64,000 nucleotides of DNA from Malacoraja senta (Eukaryota): the NCBI GenBank assembly GCA_038087875.1, contig CM075993.1:1676001-1740000 (forward strand). The letters run 5' to 3'. The position numbers and the translations under genes are program-made. The notes beneath the pieces are model-generated. The model was not told the origin of the DNA, did no database searches, and saw only the letters and a list, made by a program, of their open reading frames with translations. Shown one piece after another: positions 36,172 to 49,168 of the stretch (positions are counted from its first letter, which is position 1; each line of letters opens with the position of its first letter).

Positions 36172-37446
36172 CTGTTTGAAATTGTAGCAAAGAAATCTTG
36201 CAAGTTAATGGTAATTTACAGTATTCATACACAAATACAACAATGCTTGAATGTAAAATGATCCAACATTGTGGAATGAAAGACAAACTTACATGTGCAA
36301 ACAGGTTAGACTGTGCACAATCTTGATTATATTCAGTGTGCTTTCCCAACAAGATGGAAGCAACCTGCAACCAGGCCTCTATTGCTAAATCAATCCATTC
36401 TTAGGATTGCCAAATCTATGCCCAAATCAAGGAAATTTTTCTTAACACCCTATCCTGCTTCCTGTCTCAACTCTGCTATTTTATGGAGTTTAAGTGAGAT
36501 CACTGAAAACTGTAACTGATGTTTTTAGGTGAATTAAGCCAATATTACCAAGGTGGTATTAATGTATTTTCTTTTGCTATTAAATCTGCTGCCTTAAGAT
36601 TCCTTTTGGGTCACAAACCTCTCCAGACACTCCACGGTGTCAGTTATTGCAAAGTAAACTGTACTTCACCCAGAGAAAATAATCTATGGGTATCTGTAAG
36701 GGTTAAAGGATATAACCCTCTTTAGAAATGTAACTTTGCTGCTTGATCCTCAATGAGCAGCAAAATCATTCATTTATTTTTCTAATTTTAGTGTTGAACT
36801 CTGCTTGGTCAACAGCAAACTTTAAATCCCTACAATTTGTTAATTCCCAGATTTTGCTGGTAAATGTTGTTTCTAAATGGCATTTACCTGATTGGGCACA
36901 AACAGAAATAGGTGTGCATCGATTACGTAGCAGAATAGACTCAATGGTGTTACTTGGAGCTACTGAGTACTACACTGCAATACTATAAAGCTGACATTAC
37001 AGAAAGACATGCAGAAAGTGGTAATGCGACAGGAAGAGGGATATTCACTGTTAGATCACGAGTGAAAGTTTCATGAGAATATCCTATAGCAACTTCTGAC
37101 GAGGCCAATATCCTACATAAATCCAACAAAAAGAACGTGTTAGAATTTCAGAAGGTTGTTGATTGGTGACGAGGAAGATCTATCCAGATCAGGTCTTGTG
37201 AACAATTACCATTTGAGCAAATGAGGTTGTGGAATCTTAACTCAGCATTATGCAATTGTGTTACTCCTAAACTGACACTGAGTTGACAACTCACTCAGAT
37301 TGGGGGTTAGAGAGTCAGAACTATACAGCATTGAAATAGGCCCTTTTGGCCTACTTGCCCACGCGGGCCATCCAAGTTGGCATTATGGGCTAGTCCCATT
37401 TGCTTGTGTTTGGCCCAAAGCCCTTCAAATCCTTCCTATCCATATA

Positions 37447-37692
37447 CAGATGCTCCCCGACTTAGGTGATTTACGTAAACTCATACTTTTGTAAACAATT
37501 CTGTGATCAGTACATGGTGCCTACCCAGAAGGCCCCACACTGCAGAAAGTGCCCCGGACACAGTCGTCTGCCGCTGGGACAGTAAATACCGTCAGCGAGT
37601 TATTTTGTTCAGAGGATGCGATTCTAACACAGAAAATCTGACTTAAGCAGGGTCTGCGGAATGTAACCCTTGCGTAAGTCGAGGAGTAGCTG
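37447..37692. mobile_element. Tigger-like MITE
   Basis: TA|CAGATGCTCCCCGACTTA ... TAAGTCGAGGAGTAGCTG, imperfect 18-bp TIRs, splitting a CR1 remnant. Confidence 0.6.
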
Positions 37693-37704
37693 CATCTGTC
37701 CTAA

Positions 37705-38112
37705 TGTCCAAAGACTAAGGGGGGGGGGCCTCATTGAAATTTACCAAATAGTGAAAGGCTTGGATAGAGTGGATGTGGAGAGGATGTTTCCACTAGTGGG
37801 AGAGTCTAGGACTAGAGGGCACAGCCTCAGAATTAAAGGACCTTCCTTTAGGAAGGAGATGAGGAGGAATTTCTTCAGTCAGAGGGTGGTGAATCTGTGG
37901 AATTCATTGCCACAGAAGGCTGTGGAGGCCATCAATGGATATTTTTAAGGCAGAGATAGATAGATTCTTGATTAGTATGGGTGTCAAGGGTTATGGGGAA
38001 AAGGCAGGAGAATGAGATTAAGGGGAGAGATAGATCAGCCATGATTGAATGGCGGAGTAGACTTGATGGTCCGAATGGCTCAATTCTGGTCTTATCACAT
38101 GATCTTATGACT
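37705..38112 (+). mobile_element. CR1 3' fragment
   Basis: RLRGGGLIEIYQIVKGLDRVDVERMFPLVGESRTRGHSLRIKG...FFSQRVVNLWNSLP. Confidence 0.85.
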
Positions 38113-38228
38113 GATGTAGAGAGGAGGAAGATTTACGTAGTATCTCACTCACTTGAGCCGAGAAAACTCAGAGCGTATGCAACCTTATTATTGTACTACA
38201 TTTTAAATATATATTCATGTATACTTAC

Positions 38229-38253
38229 ATTGGTCCAGAAACTGGCTCATCAT
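38229..38253 (-). CDS. NPTN: NPTN 25-nt microexon: (D)DEPVSGP(M)
   Basis: Long pyrimidine tract + ctgctgcag|ATGATGAGCCAGTTTCTGGACCAAT|gtaagt. Phases 1/2 join exactly the flanking exons at 47261 and 36171. Confidence 0.93.
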
Positions 38254-41200
38254 CTGCAGCAGTTAACAGTCAGTTCACAAAGAGAAATTGGAGGAAAAGA
38301 GGATAAAGGAGAAGAAATTAGACTTGTGAACAAAAAGAGTTCACGTGTTTGCACCGACTGCCTTTCGCTGCTTTACTTCAACAATACAATTGCTCATGGA
38401 GTTAGTCTCTAAATCATTACATTCAAATGGCAACAAAAAATTATTACATGGTCAGTTAACACCTTTGAGGCTCGTCATGAAATACTGCAACTATATGGAC
38501 AGATCACGTAAGTTTAATGTTCATCTTGTCCCTAAGTTCCAGTTGTTCACTGTTTTAGACCAATGAGAAGACGTAACCCAACATCTAATTGTGGAATCCT
38601 GCTCAATAGAACTAGTTTATTTTTAAAGTTTCGATTAAGCTGGCGTTTGTGGGGCTTGGGGGTGTGGGGACAATAAGGATTGTGTACATGGGAGTCGTAG
38701 GGTGATGGGTGAGATCGAAAAATAGCAGTGAAAGTAGAAGGTAGAGATAATGCTGGGGAGACAGCACAGCTACTAAGTTTGAGGATAGATTAAGAGTGCA
38801 AGCACAACGAGGCTGAGAAAGTGAGAGCAAGATGGAATGAGAGCAACAGGCAGAGGAGTTGCAATTATGTCAAATCAAAACTTGTGGTCACAGGACAAAA
38901 AAAGTCTTTGGTTTGTGTGTGGAGGAAATTCAAGCGAATATTTAATATATTGTTTAAATCGTACAGAAGTTAATACTGCTATTCATATGTATTTTTCATA
39001 AAAATGATGATGAAAGTAACAATTAAAATGTTTTCTGACAATAATACTGCTATGTTGGTCTGAGGTATACTTCAATTTGACAATGGTGTATACATCACTA
39101 AGACTAAATAATTTGTATTTTTGAAAAGGTGTACTAATAATGCAGGGCATTAAACCTAGAAGGGTTATGAATTATTCTGGCAATGTATATTTCTTTTTTT
39201 AAATGAATAATGTAGTTTTATGGCCTTTTTAAGAAAAATACACTCCATAGATTTCATCTCTTTCAAAATATGCATGACAGAATGATTCTGGAACCTCTTA
39301 CACTTATGCAATCTGCAGAGAATATCTATTGTTCTTTAATGAATCAATTATTTATTCATATTTGGGGAAGAAAAATAATTTGGGATTGTTTTATGTACAT
39401 GACTATAAAAATAATGTTTAAGAGTTTGGCTTGAAGTGAAAGGCAAACCATTTGAAAGAATCGTGTCTAATGGGCTGCCCAAATCTTTTCTATCCAAGAA
39501 ACATTGCATCTCGAGTGGTTAGGAAGAAGGATCACAGATGGGTGTTCTTTGGACAAGTTCTGAATTGTGCCCACTGGATTAAGCAGGATTCCACAAGGTG
39601 TCTGGTGTACATGAAGCAAGTATGGAGATTTATCGCAACACAGCCACCTGACAGCACGCACCAGGAGTAATGGCAACATTTCCCGGGCTCTAGAAAGTGC
39701 CATTACTCCATCTGTACCTTGAGGCACGGAGAGAAAGCCACCGCCAGCACACACAAGTGTCTGGGAAGACCAAAAAATGAATCAAACCACAAACCAAGAG
39801 CTCACAGCCGAGAAACACCAGCAACACACCAATGACCACAGGTCTCAGTCACTGGCAAGGACGCATTTGTCAAAGAAAACTAGACCAGGTTGACAACCAG
39901 ACAGAGTGTCGCAAAAATAGTGAAGATATATACACAGTTTATGCATATCAAGAGAGGCATCAGGAATTGAGATAAGTACAGAGTATATAGGCTGGGTTTA
40001 CTCCCCTCTACCACCTGCTGTTTATCCCCAGCGTTTGCTTAAGAAGATTCTAAATTATCAAATGATCTATATGACTTTTGATAGGACATAGAGACCAAGC
40101 AATTGTTTGCATCAGAGGACTTACATGGCAGATTAAAAAGCACCTTGTATCATCTGTGAAAACTGAATAGTTTCTTTCCAGATATTCTTGGCTGTTTCAA
40201 TGGAATTAAGCTCACTTAATTCCAGCTCAAGGATTTTGGTGGTGGGTGGGGAATGTACAGTACACTCCTTTTAAACTCAGGAGCCAAGCAAAATTCACAA
40301 ATTAAAAGACCCGAGGGAGCAAAAGAACGTGCTTATTTAGTTTATTCCTATATCAGGCTTACGGTTTCACATACAAACTGCAACCAACCTAAACTCCTAA
40401 AAATGCAGAGATGCGGGTCGGACCTTAAAAGGAGCGTATTCTACTTCTGGAATATTCTTCAAGTACAAGTGCACCAACTCTCAAAATGACTGTGGGGAAT
40501 CACCTTGATTTCCAGTTGAGACATTCAGGTGGAGTTGTCACAGAAGCTCGTTTATCTGGAACTTTTAATCAAGCATTTATTTTTGTATGAGTGCTTTAAG
40601 GTAAAGTAATTAAGCTATCTGTCCAAATTAAATTATGGCATTGCTCACAACTCCATGAAATGCAACTGTACTTGAACGGGAAAAAGAGATCCTAAACACA
40701 ATCGAAAGTGTTTGAACATTGTAACTTTACCAAATCCCAGTTTGCATTTCTTACAGATAAAAGATTGCTTTTGTGACCCAAAGATATATACTTTCAAGAT
40801 ATTTTGAACACTTCATTTCTATTGTGAATGTAATAGACCAAAAAAAAGCTTGGCCTTGTATAGTAAGCATTACACCCAAAGGGTAGTCATTCAATCTTGT
40901 CCATTTTAAGCAATGGACAAGATTTGTTGGTATAAAGCCTTGAACGAAGCTTACCGTATTTGTTTGATGCCAATTAAGTAAATCTAATTTTGGCAGAGAT
41001 GGATGCCTTCATTCTGAAATCCAAAATATACATGTGCAGACATGCACAAATCATCTTCTGTAAAAATGTAGTAGCACTAAGCAAGGATGGTTTTGACTGG
41101 AAGCTGGTTCTTAAAATTGGGGTCTAAGATCTAATAGGAAATGCAAGCTATGGGAAGGTCATGTTCAGAAAAGAAAAACCCAAGAGAATTATTATTTCAA

Positions 41201-43351
41201 TACTACACTAGCTAGAATGATTCCTGATTTGTTTCTTCACCATATCACCCCTGTGGTATGTACACTGAAACTATTCAGATTTTACAATAGCTATCTGCCA
41301 TGGCACATGCAGACACAGCAATACCCCTGATACAGACCATGGTATGGTTGAAATCCTCATCATAAGCCATATAGCTCTAGAAGACAACTAGTTCAAACCT
41401 AGAAGCAATCTATGTTTGCAGACCGTTAGTTCTGGCCCCAGGACAGAAACAGAGCAGACTAAACCCAAAAAACTCAAACGCTGATTTAAAAACAAAAGAA
41501 AACAGAACTACAAATCCAGAAATGGGCAGCAGAAAAACGGAATGGAAGATACGAAAAAAAGTTGCGAACGTAGATGAGGACTTGGAAAAAAGTTTTAACA
41601 TCATGAACTGATGCACTTCAGACTTGAAGCTGAGGAGAAACAAACTCGAGCATGCAATTCTCTCACTTACCACCAGTTTTAGGGTATGATGCAAGAGAGG
41701 GAAAGAAAAGAAGTCACAATAACCGACAAATATCAATACAAACCATAGTTCTAATCTAGAGCGCTAGGATGGAGGTCTCCCTTTGGCCATCTGACCGTGT
41801 AGGAAACAGACACGGGGAAAATGGCCTGTATCCCTGGAAGAAGGAACTGCAAAATTTGGAAAATTGCTGTATCGTGTATTTTCTCAAGGCGGCAGTTCTA
41901 ACAAAAAAACATGAGTATTGTTTTATTCCTTGCCTTACTTTCCGTGACTCCACTGCCAAAGTAGCCACACCTGTCAAACGCTTTACCTGGAGTCGATTTT
42001 GGCAACCTTTTAGTGTGGTTCGGGTTATTTTGAGTATTACATGAGCATTTAGAAATAAAACTCGATTCATAAACAAATTTAATTATCAAGACTATCATAC
42101 GAACTGCTAATTCTTCCATGAACATCCATCAGGTGTATACCCAATTAAAAAAAAATCCTGGTCAACACCAAGTATTTTTCTCCCATCTCCCAAATACTCA
42201 TGAACATTGAAAGCAAAGACTGTTTCAACAGACTTAACAAAGGTCTTTGTTTATTCATGTCCAGTCAGTTTTACAAAAATATGTACTATGCTCCGATTGC
42301 ATCTCAAATTAATTGTGACATAAAAGTTCTTCTAGCTGAAGACCTCAAATATCATCACTCCAACCTTGGAGGATGACTGCTAGTTCAACTGCATTGGTGA
42401 GTGAATATCCTATTATTCTGCAGGACTTGATCAAGTAAATGTTGCTATTCTATAGAGTTGAGGAATGGAGCTGATCTCAAGACTCTGAGGGGGCTTTACA
42501 GGATGGATAATAAACTCATTCCTTCTTTTGGAGTACTTAACCTGGGAGCTGTCCAAATACAAGGACATGCCATTCATTACTCTGTCAAAGTGACTTTTCT
42601 TCATGCAGATCATGAATCTTTGGAATTTTCCTTGAGATTGTGATCGCCTCGTCATTAAATAAATTGTTATTATTATAAATTTAAGTTATGGCTGATACTG
42701 GATATTGATATTGGACAATGGAACTAAGGGACAAACAGGTTGGCCAGGAAGTAGGATTACGGAACAATCTAACAATCTGGCCTTTTCCTCTTACTATTTT
42801 AGTTTTAATATCAATTCTGTAACAAACTGGAGCCATAAACACAAATCTACTGAGAATAATGCGAGATATTTACTAACACTCTGCAATATTTTGATAAACT
42901 TTAAGATAATTATATACATTTTTATTCTGAATGCTGAAAGAGATTAATGATCAGATTCAATGGTCCATTATCTTTGATAAATCAAAACATCTCTGAACGT
43001 AGAGTGTAGCAAATTGTTATTATTCACTTAAACGTATGGTTTCAAGTATTGTCTGAAACAATGCTTAAATGTTCGATGCACACTTGAAGTAATTAATGCT
43101 GAAACAATAATGACCATCAGTCTTTCTGAAAATGGCCTATCCATAAATGGCAATGGCATTCTGCACAGGTTGATAGGATCCATGGTCTATCCCAATGGTC
43201 GGAATCAGGTGCAAATGCGCTATTTTCTCTTTCGGGGACCAGTAAACTAAAGTGCTTATTCTGGCATTAGTGATATTGGACAATGGAACCAAGGGGCAAA
43301 CAGACTGGCCAGGAAGTCAGATTTTTGAATGATCTAGCAAAATCATTCAGC

Positions 43352-43670
43352 CGGCACAGTGGTGCAGCTGGCAGAGCTGCTGCCGCACAGCACCAGGGAC
43401 CCAGGTTCAATCCTGACCTCAGGTATTGTCTGTGTGGAGTTTACAGGTTCTGTGACTGTGTGGCTCCCCCCCCCCCCCCCCCCCCCCGAGTGCTCCAGTT
43501 TCCTTCCACACCCCGGCTTTGTTGGTTAATTGAACACTGAAAATTGCAATTGTGGGGAATGGATAAGAAAGTGGGATAACATAGAACTAATGTATCTTCA
43601 GTGAATCGGTGATTGATGGCCGGTGTGGACTCAATGCACCGAAGGGCCTGTTTCCATGCTGTATCTTTCA
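43352..43670 (+). mobile_element. tRNA-derived V-SINE (HE1-like) with internal poly-C run
   Basis: A/B boxes and CR1-like tail. Confidence 0.8.
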
Positions 43671-46600
43671 TAAACCTCTCAAAGCAGCTTGGCATTCTCT
43701 TGGGTTTGTTTGCCATATCATACTTATCTGGCAATGCCCTGAAGCAAGTTTTCCAAATGTAGCTTTCTATGCTGCTGCTGAATGCTTATTGTGGCACTCC
43801 CAATAATATTCTGTTATTTTTTATTGCATAATACAGCTCTTAAATAACCAGGTCAACCCCAACAACTGCTAGTTAAGAGAGCTCTAAACTAATCCTGTTA
43901 TTTTCTGATGGACTTCAAATAAACAAACAAGGTAAATGGAGATTTTTGCACCAATTACTGGAGAAACCATTCCCCTCAGTAAAGCAGACACAATGCGGAA
44001 TGTGGAATAGATAAAATGATTAATATAACATTCGTTGGCTGCTCGTTAACCTAACCATTACAAAACTTGAATGATCTTCAATAGATGTACTGTTATTACT
44101 GCAGCAGGAACAATGATAGAACTATCAATTGCTATTGGTTATTTCTAAACGTTTTCATGGAACGGTTTATTTGCATGAAGCCATTTCACAATGATGACCT
44201 TTTATAACTTAATCAATCATTCTGTCAATTGAAAATATTGACTCCTTTCCTCTCCCCACAGATTATGTAAACCTGGGCAATTCCTGCGTTTTTTTGGCTT
44301 TATATCAAATTTACAGCATCTGCAGAGTTTTGCTCTGTATGAAGACTGATCACATTTCTGAGACAAGATATCAATCCATCAATTGCTCCATCAAAGCTCT
44401 TTGTAGGGCAAGACAGAAAAATAAACATGAACGGATGTAAATTTAGAAAATAATTTGGTAAACAGAACAGAAGCCCTTTTGCTAACTACTAATTTATATA
44501 GCCTTTAAAGTCACGGTGCAAAGCTTATCAAGCAAGAGTATACATTAGTAAATTCAGCATACTAGAATGGAGTCTAGAATCATCATATAATGCATTAAAT
44601 CTGTACAATGCATGAGGTGCATTTAGTGTCTTTGGCATGTAAAATGTCCACTGGTCATTTTTGTTTAAAAAGTTGCATCATTGCCAAAACTCTGTGTAAA
44701 ATAGTTTCACAGGCATTCACTAGCTTCAGCTGGGTTCAGCAAACTATCAACTTAGATGGCCACAATCACTGCAGTTTTCCTTCTACATGAATAAAATGGT
44801 CAGGACTATTTTTTTCCTATGCTTATTTGTCCTGCATTTTCTCAAAAAGCAATTATATACAATTCAGAATATTTTCCCTTTGGAAACCAGTTATGCATTC
44901 CCAAGCCACTGCCTTCCACACCTTGTTTTCCAATACTTTAGAACTGCTCTCCTTTTACCACATGAATTTTATTGTCCACTCGCACACTGCGGCCTCTTCC
45001 TTTAATCAATATCACTTTGTTTCCCACGGGTGCTACTAATTCAGCAGGATATCATACCTCAGTCACACAAAATGACAAGGACAGCAAAACAAGGCCTCAC
45101 ACAAATTGCACTTCCTTGGTTCAAACGCATCCTCGTGCCAAGCATGCAACTTACAATCTAGCCGTATCAGTCTGACGAGCGTCTCGACCCAAAACGTCAC
45201 CCATCCCTTCTCTCCAGAGATGCTGTCTGTCCCACTGAGTTACTCCAGCATTTTATATCTATCTTCGTTATGAACATTGATTTCTCTAATTTCATAACCC
45301 TTGCATTCCCCCTCTCTCTGTCCCTCCCCCACCCAAGTCATCCTGCTAGTTTCACTGTTTGTATCCCTTCATTATCACCTCTTCCACAGCCAACAATGGA
45401 ACATTTTGGGCTCCACTTTTCTTGAGTCATCGGTCGCTCTCCCCTGAAACTCAGTCTGAAGAAAAGGTCTTAACCTGAAATGTCACCTGTTCTTTTTCTC
45501 CAGAGATGCTGCCTGACCCGCTGAGTTACTCCAGCATTGTGTCTATCTTCTACTCATTGTAAATATGTATTCGAGCACATTTCACTGAACACAGACATCG
45601 CTGAGTTGCATTACTAATACAGGCTTCTGCCAAAAGATAAGATGTCATTATATATCCAATATGAAAGAGAGAGAAAAAACAAGACTGGGAAATTTAATAT
45701 CAAGATAAAATTTAGAATCTAGAATGAACAAAATCTCAACTAATACTCTGCTAGTTTGGGAATCTTGAATAGAGTCATAGAGTCATGCAACATTGAAACA
45801 GGCCCTTCGGCCAACTTGCCCCGTCTACGTCCCCGACCTGCGGCTACGTTTGGCCGAAAACGTTCCAATCCTCGTACCTGTCCATAATATAAATATCTGT
45901 ACAAAAACTAGATTCAAATTCTACAGGGTAGTAAATATTTCACGCAAATTTCTGTGCTTCTCAACAGATCAATGCTGGATGCTAACTACTTTAGCAAAGT
46001 AAAAACAAACACACCAAACACATATTAAGCAGCAGATACATCATTTGATTAAAGGGGCCCTTCATCAGCTTCATTTCAATAACTGTCTTCAGAGATTTTC
46101 CTTTGATTCCGCATCCTCTGCTTTTATTTAATTATCTCTTAATATTGTCTGTGCTCTGCCCTGTCACTTCTTCAACCCTTGGCCTATCTTGGAGTCTGCG
46201 CTTCCACAAGGAAGATTCAAGTGCTGTGCAGACAAGACCCATGCAGCTATCTGAAGTTACGACACACATCATGCTATCAACAGGGCTGAACAAAGGGTCG
46301 AGTGGTTGAGCACTTCAAGATAGAAAGATGTATTGCTGTCTACCATCCTGTACATATATATATATTTTATATCAAACACATGCAAACCATTTTGATCATA
46401 CGGTGCAATAATCTTCAAGTTCTATGATGAAACACTGAAGGATACAACTGGAATCAATTGGATTATAATTTACAGCACTAACAAGTGGATAATCTCAAAT
46501 GTAATCATTCCATTAAATTTAACTTTTTTTGCATTAAAACATCTAATGTTTGCTTTCTTTCTGTATAGTTACAATTTGCAGTGACAATCACAGACATGCA

Positions 46601-47219
46601 TTTACACATGGAAGGGGTGTGAATAATGGCAGGATGCAGGTGAATTAGACAGACAAAGACATGAGCAGTGTAGGAGAAAACAGATCTTAAATAAATCCTT
46701 AAAAAACATAAAATACCGCTTTGCGATTACATTCTCAAAATATTCTTGTAAACTGCCCTTGTGAAATACTTGGAACTTTTCTACTGAGTTAGCAAAGATC
46801 AATACCAGAGTGATTAGTTTGCATTCAGAATCCACTATTGTCTGCAATGGAAACGGATTAAACAATGGAAATATGTAAAATGTTCCTCAGAAAAACATGA
46901 CCTCGTTGTTCTACCATTACAATTCCTTCTTAAAATAATGAAGCAGAAACCACTGAACTAATGGAATGGGTTTGCTTGAAAAATCTAAATTATTAGCAAA
47001 TTCAAACCAATGAAATTTTTCAATGTTCAAAAGGGAAAATCTTTACCTTCAGCATAAACAAATGAATGAAAAGCAATTGAATATCATTAAAAAAGGGTCA
47101 GGTAAAATTCTACATAAGATATGAATGCTTCAGTGTCTTTTCAAGTAACCTATTTAATTTTAGAGACTGATAGAGTATTAATAGGCCTGAACAGGCTAAT
47201 ATCAAATGGGTTAAGTCTA

Positions 47220-47534
<315 letters not shown>

Positions 47535-48029
47535 CTATCAGAGGACAGGACAAACAAGTTTGAAATTGATTACAAATGTAACATGACCAAGAGAACAAAA
47601 GGCATTCCCACGTGCGTGATAAATAAAGTGTTGTAGAGGAACAAAGTGTTGTACAGGTGCTTAGGAAATAAGCAGAATGCCAAAGCAATTATTTGTCTCA
47701 AATCTGAGTTCAATTTCTTTTCTTTCTGGACATCAGTCACTGCCAAATGTAGCCGGCAGCAGGAAGCCTCTGCCTGAATCCAGAAACTTAGCTCACACAA
47801 GGGTTAATGCACCTCTGATGCAGTGGACTGGGTACAAGTAGGAATATCAGCCCTTTTGTCCTTGTTGTCTAGTCTGACAGCTGTGGAATTCAATTTCAAT
47901 TTACTCAAACTATGAACATTTGATCAATATCTGTTGCATTCTTTAATTGCTTTGTCATCTATTCTGGAGCTCGCTATCAAAAGTATTACACAACAATAAT
48001 GCATAGACATGCTCGTTCATTCCAGGCTA

Positions 48030-48286
48030 CTTAGTTTAGTTTATTTATATAGAGCGGAATCACGTAGTCCGTGCAGCCCAGCGATCCCCGTACACTAACA
48101 CTACCCTACACACTAGCATCCTACACACTTTATCTTTTACCAAAGCCAATTAACCTACAGGCCTGTACATGAAAGACAAGGTCACGGGGATAAAGTACAA
48201 ACTCCATACAGACGGTATCCGCAGTCAGGATTGGACCTGGGTCTCTGCCACTGTAAGGCAGCAACTCTACTGCTGTGCCACCGTGC
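48030..48286 (-). mobile_element. tRNA-derived V-SINE (HE1-like)
   Basis: Reverse-complement head at 48230-48286; (CTAAA)n tail at about 48030. Confidence 0.75.
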
Positions 48287-48554
48287 TGCTCCTTATTAAG
48301 CCTATTTGAAGCAACAATAAAAATGCCGCTTTCCTTTGTGAAATCAGACATCCAACACTGGTTCGTCACTGACGTACCACCCTTTGTACAATTCACTTCT
48401 CTCTCCTATTTGCCCCAAAGCATAACAGCAGATACAGAAATTGATGTTTTTGTTTGAGCATCTTTAATATGTACTAGTCAAGCCACATTATTTCAAGTGA
48501 AGAACTTGAATTCAAATTAAAAGAAAATGACAAGCATTCCAAGCATGAGATTCA

Positions 48555-48773
<219 letters not shown>

Positions 48774-49135
48774 TTATTAATGCTTATGTAAACTACCAAC
48801 TGATGGCAAAATTCTTAGCACCCATTTCCCCCCCCCCCCCCCAACTTAAAACGTTGCTGACGTCAGTCCGTTATCTTGCCTCGTTGTTGATTCGACATTT
48901 ATTTCAGCTGCTCTGAAAACTCAAAAATAACGTGCTAGTTTAACACTATTATCACCATCTTCAATATGTTGTAGTCTCATCTTATCTAAATGTTCAACTC
49001 CTCAGGTCAGATGTGGTATCACCATAGTTTTTCTCTAAAATAATGTACTCTATTACATGAGCATCTTCAATTTCCTCCAAACCTGTACAGCCGTTAATCA
49101 AAAAGAACTTAATTTATATTATAATTCAATGTTTT

Positions 49136-49137
<2 letters not shown>

Positions 49138-49168
<31 letters not shown>

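Noticed and set aside
38452..38478. SECIS- or C/D-box-like ATGACGA...AAA...CTGA on the minus strand
   Set aside because: Intronic, and the spacing is too short for either RNA class.
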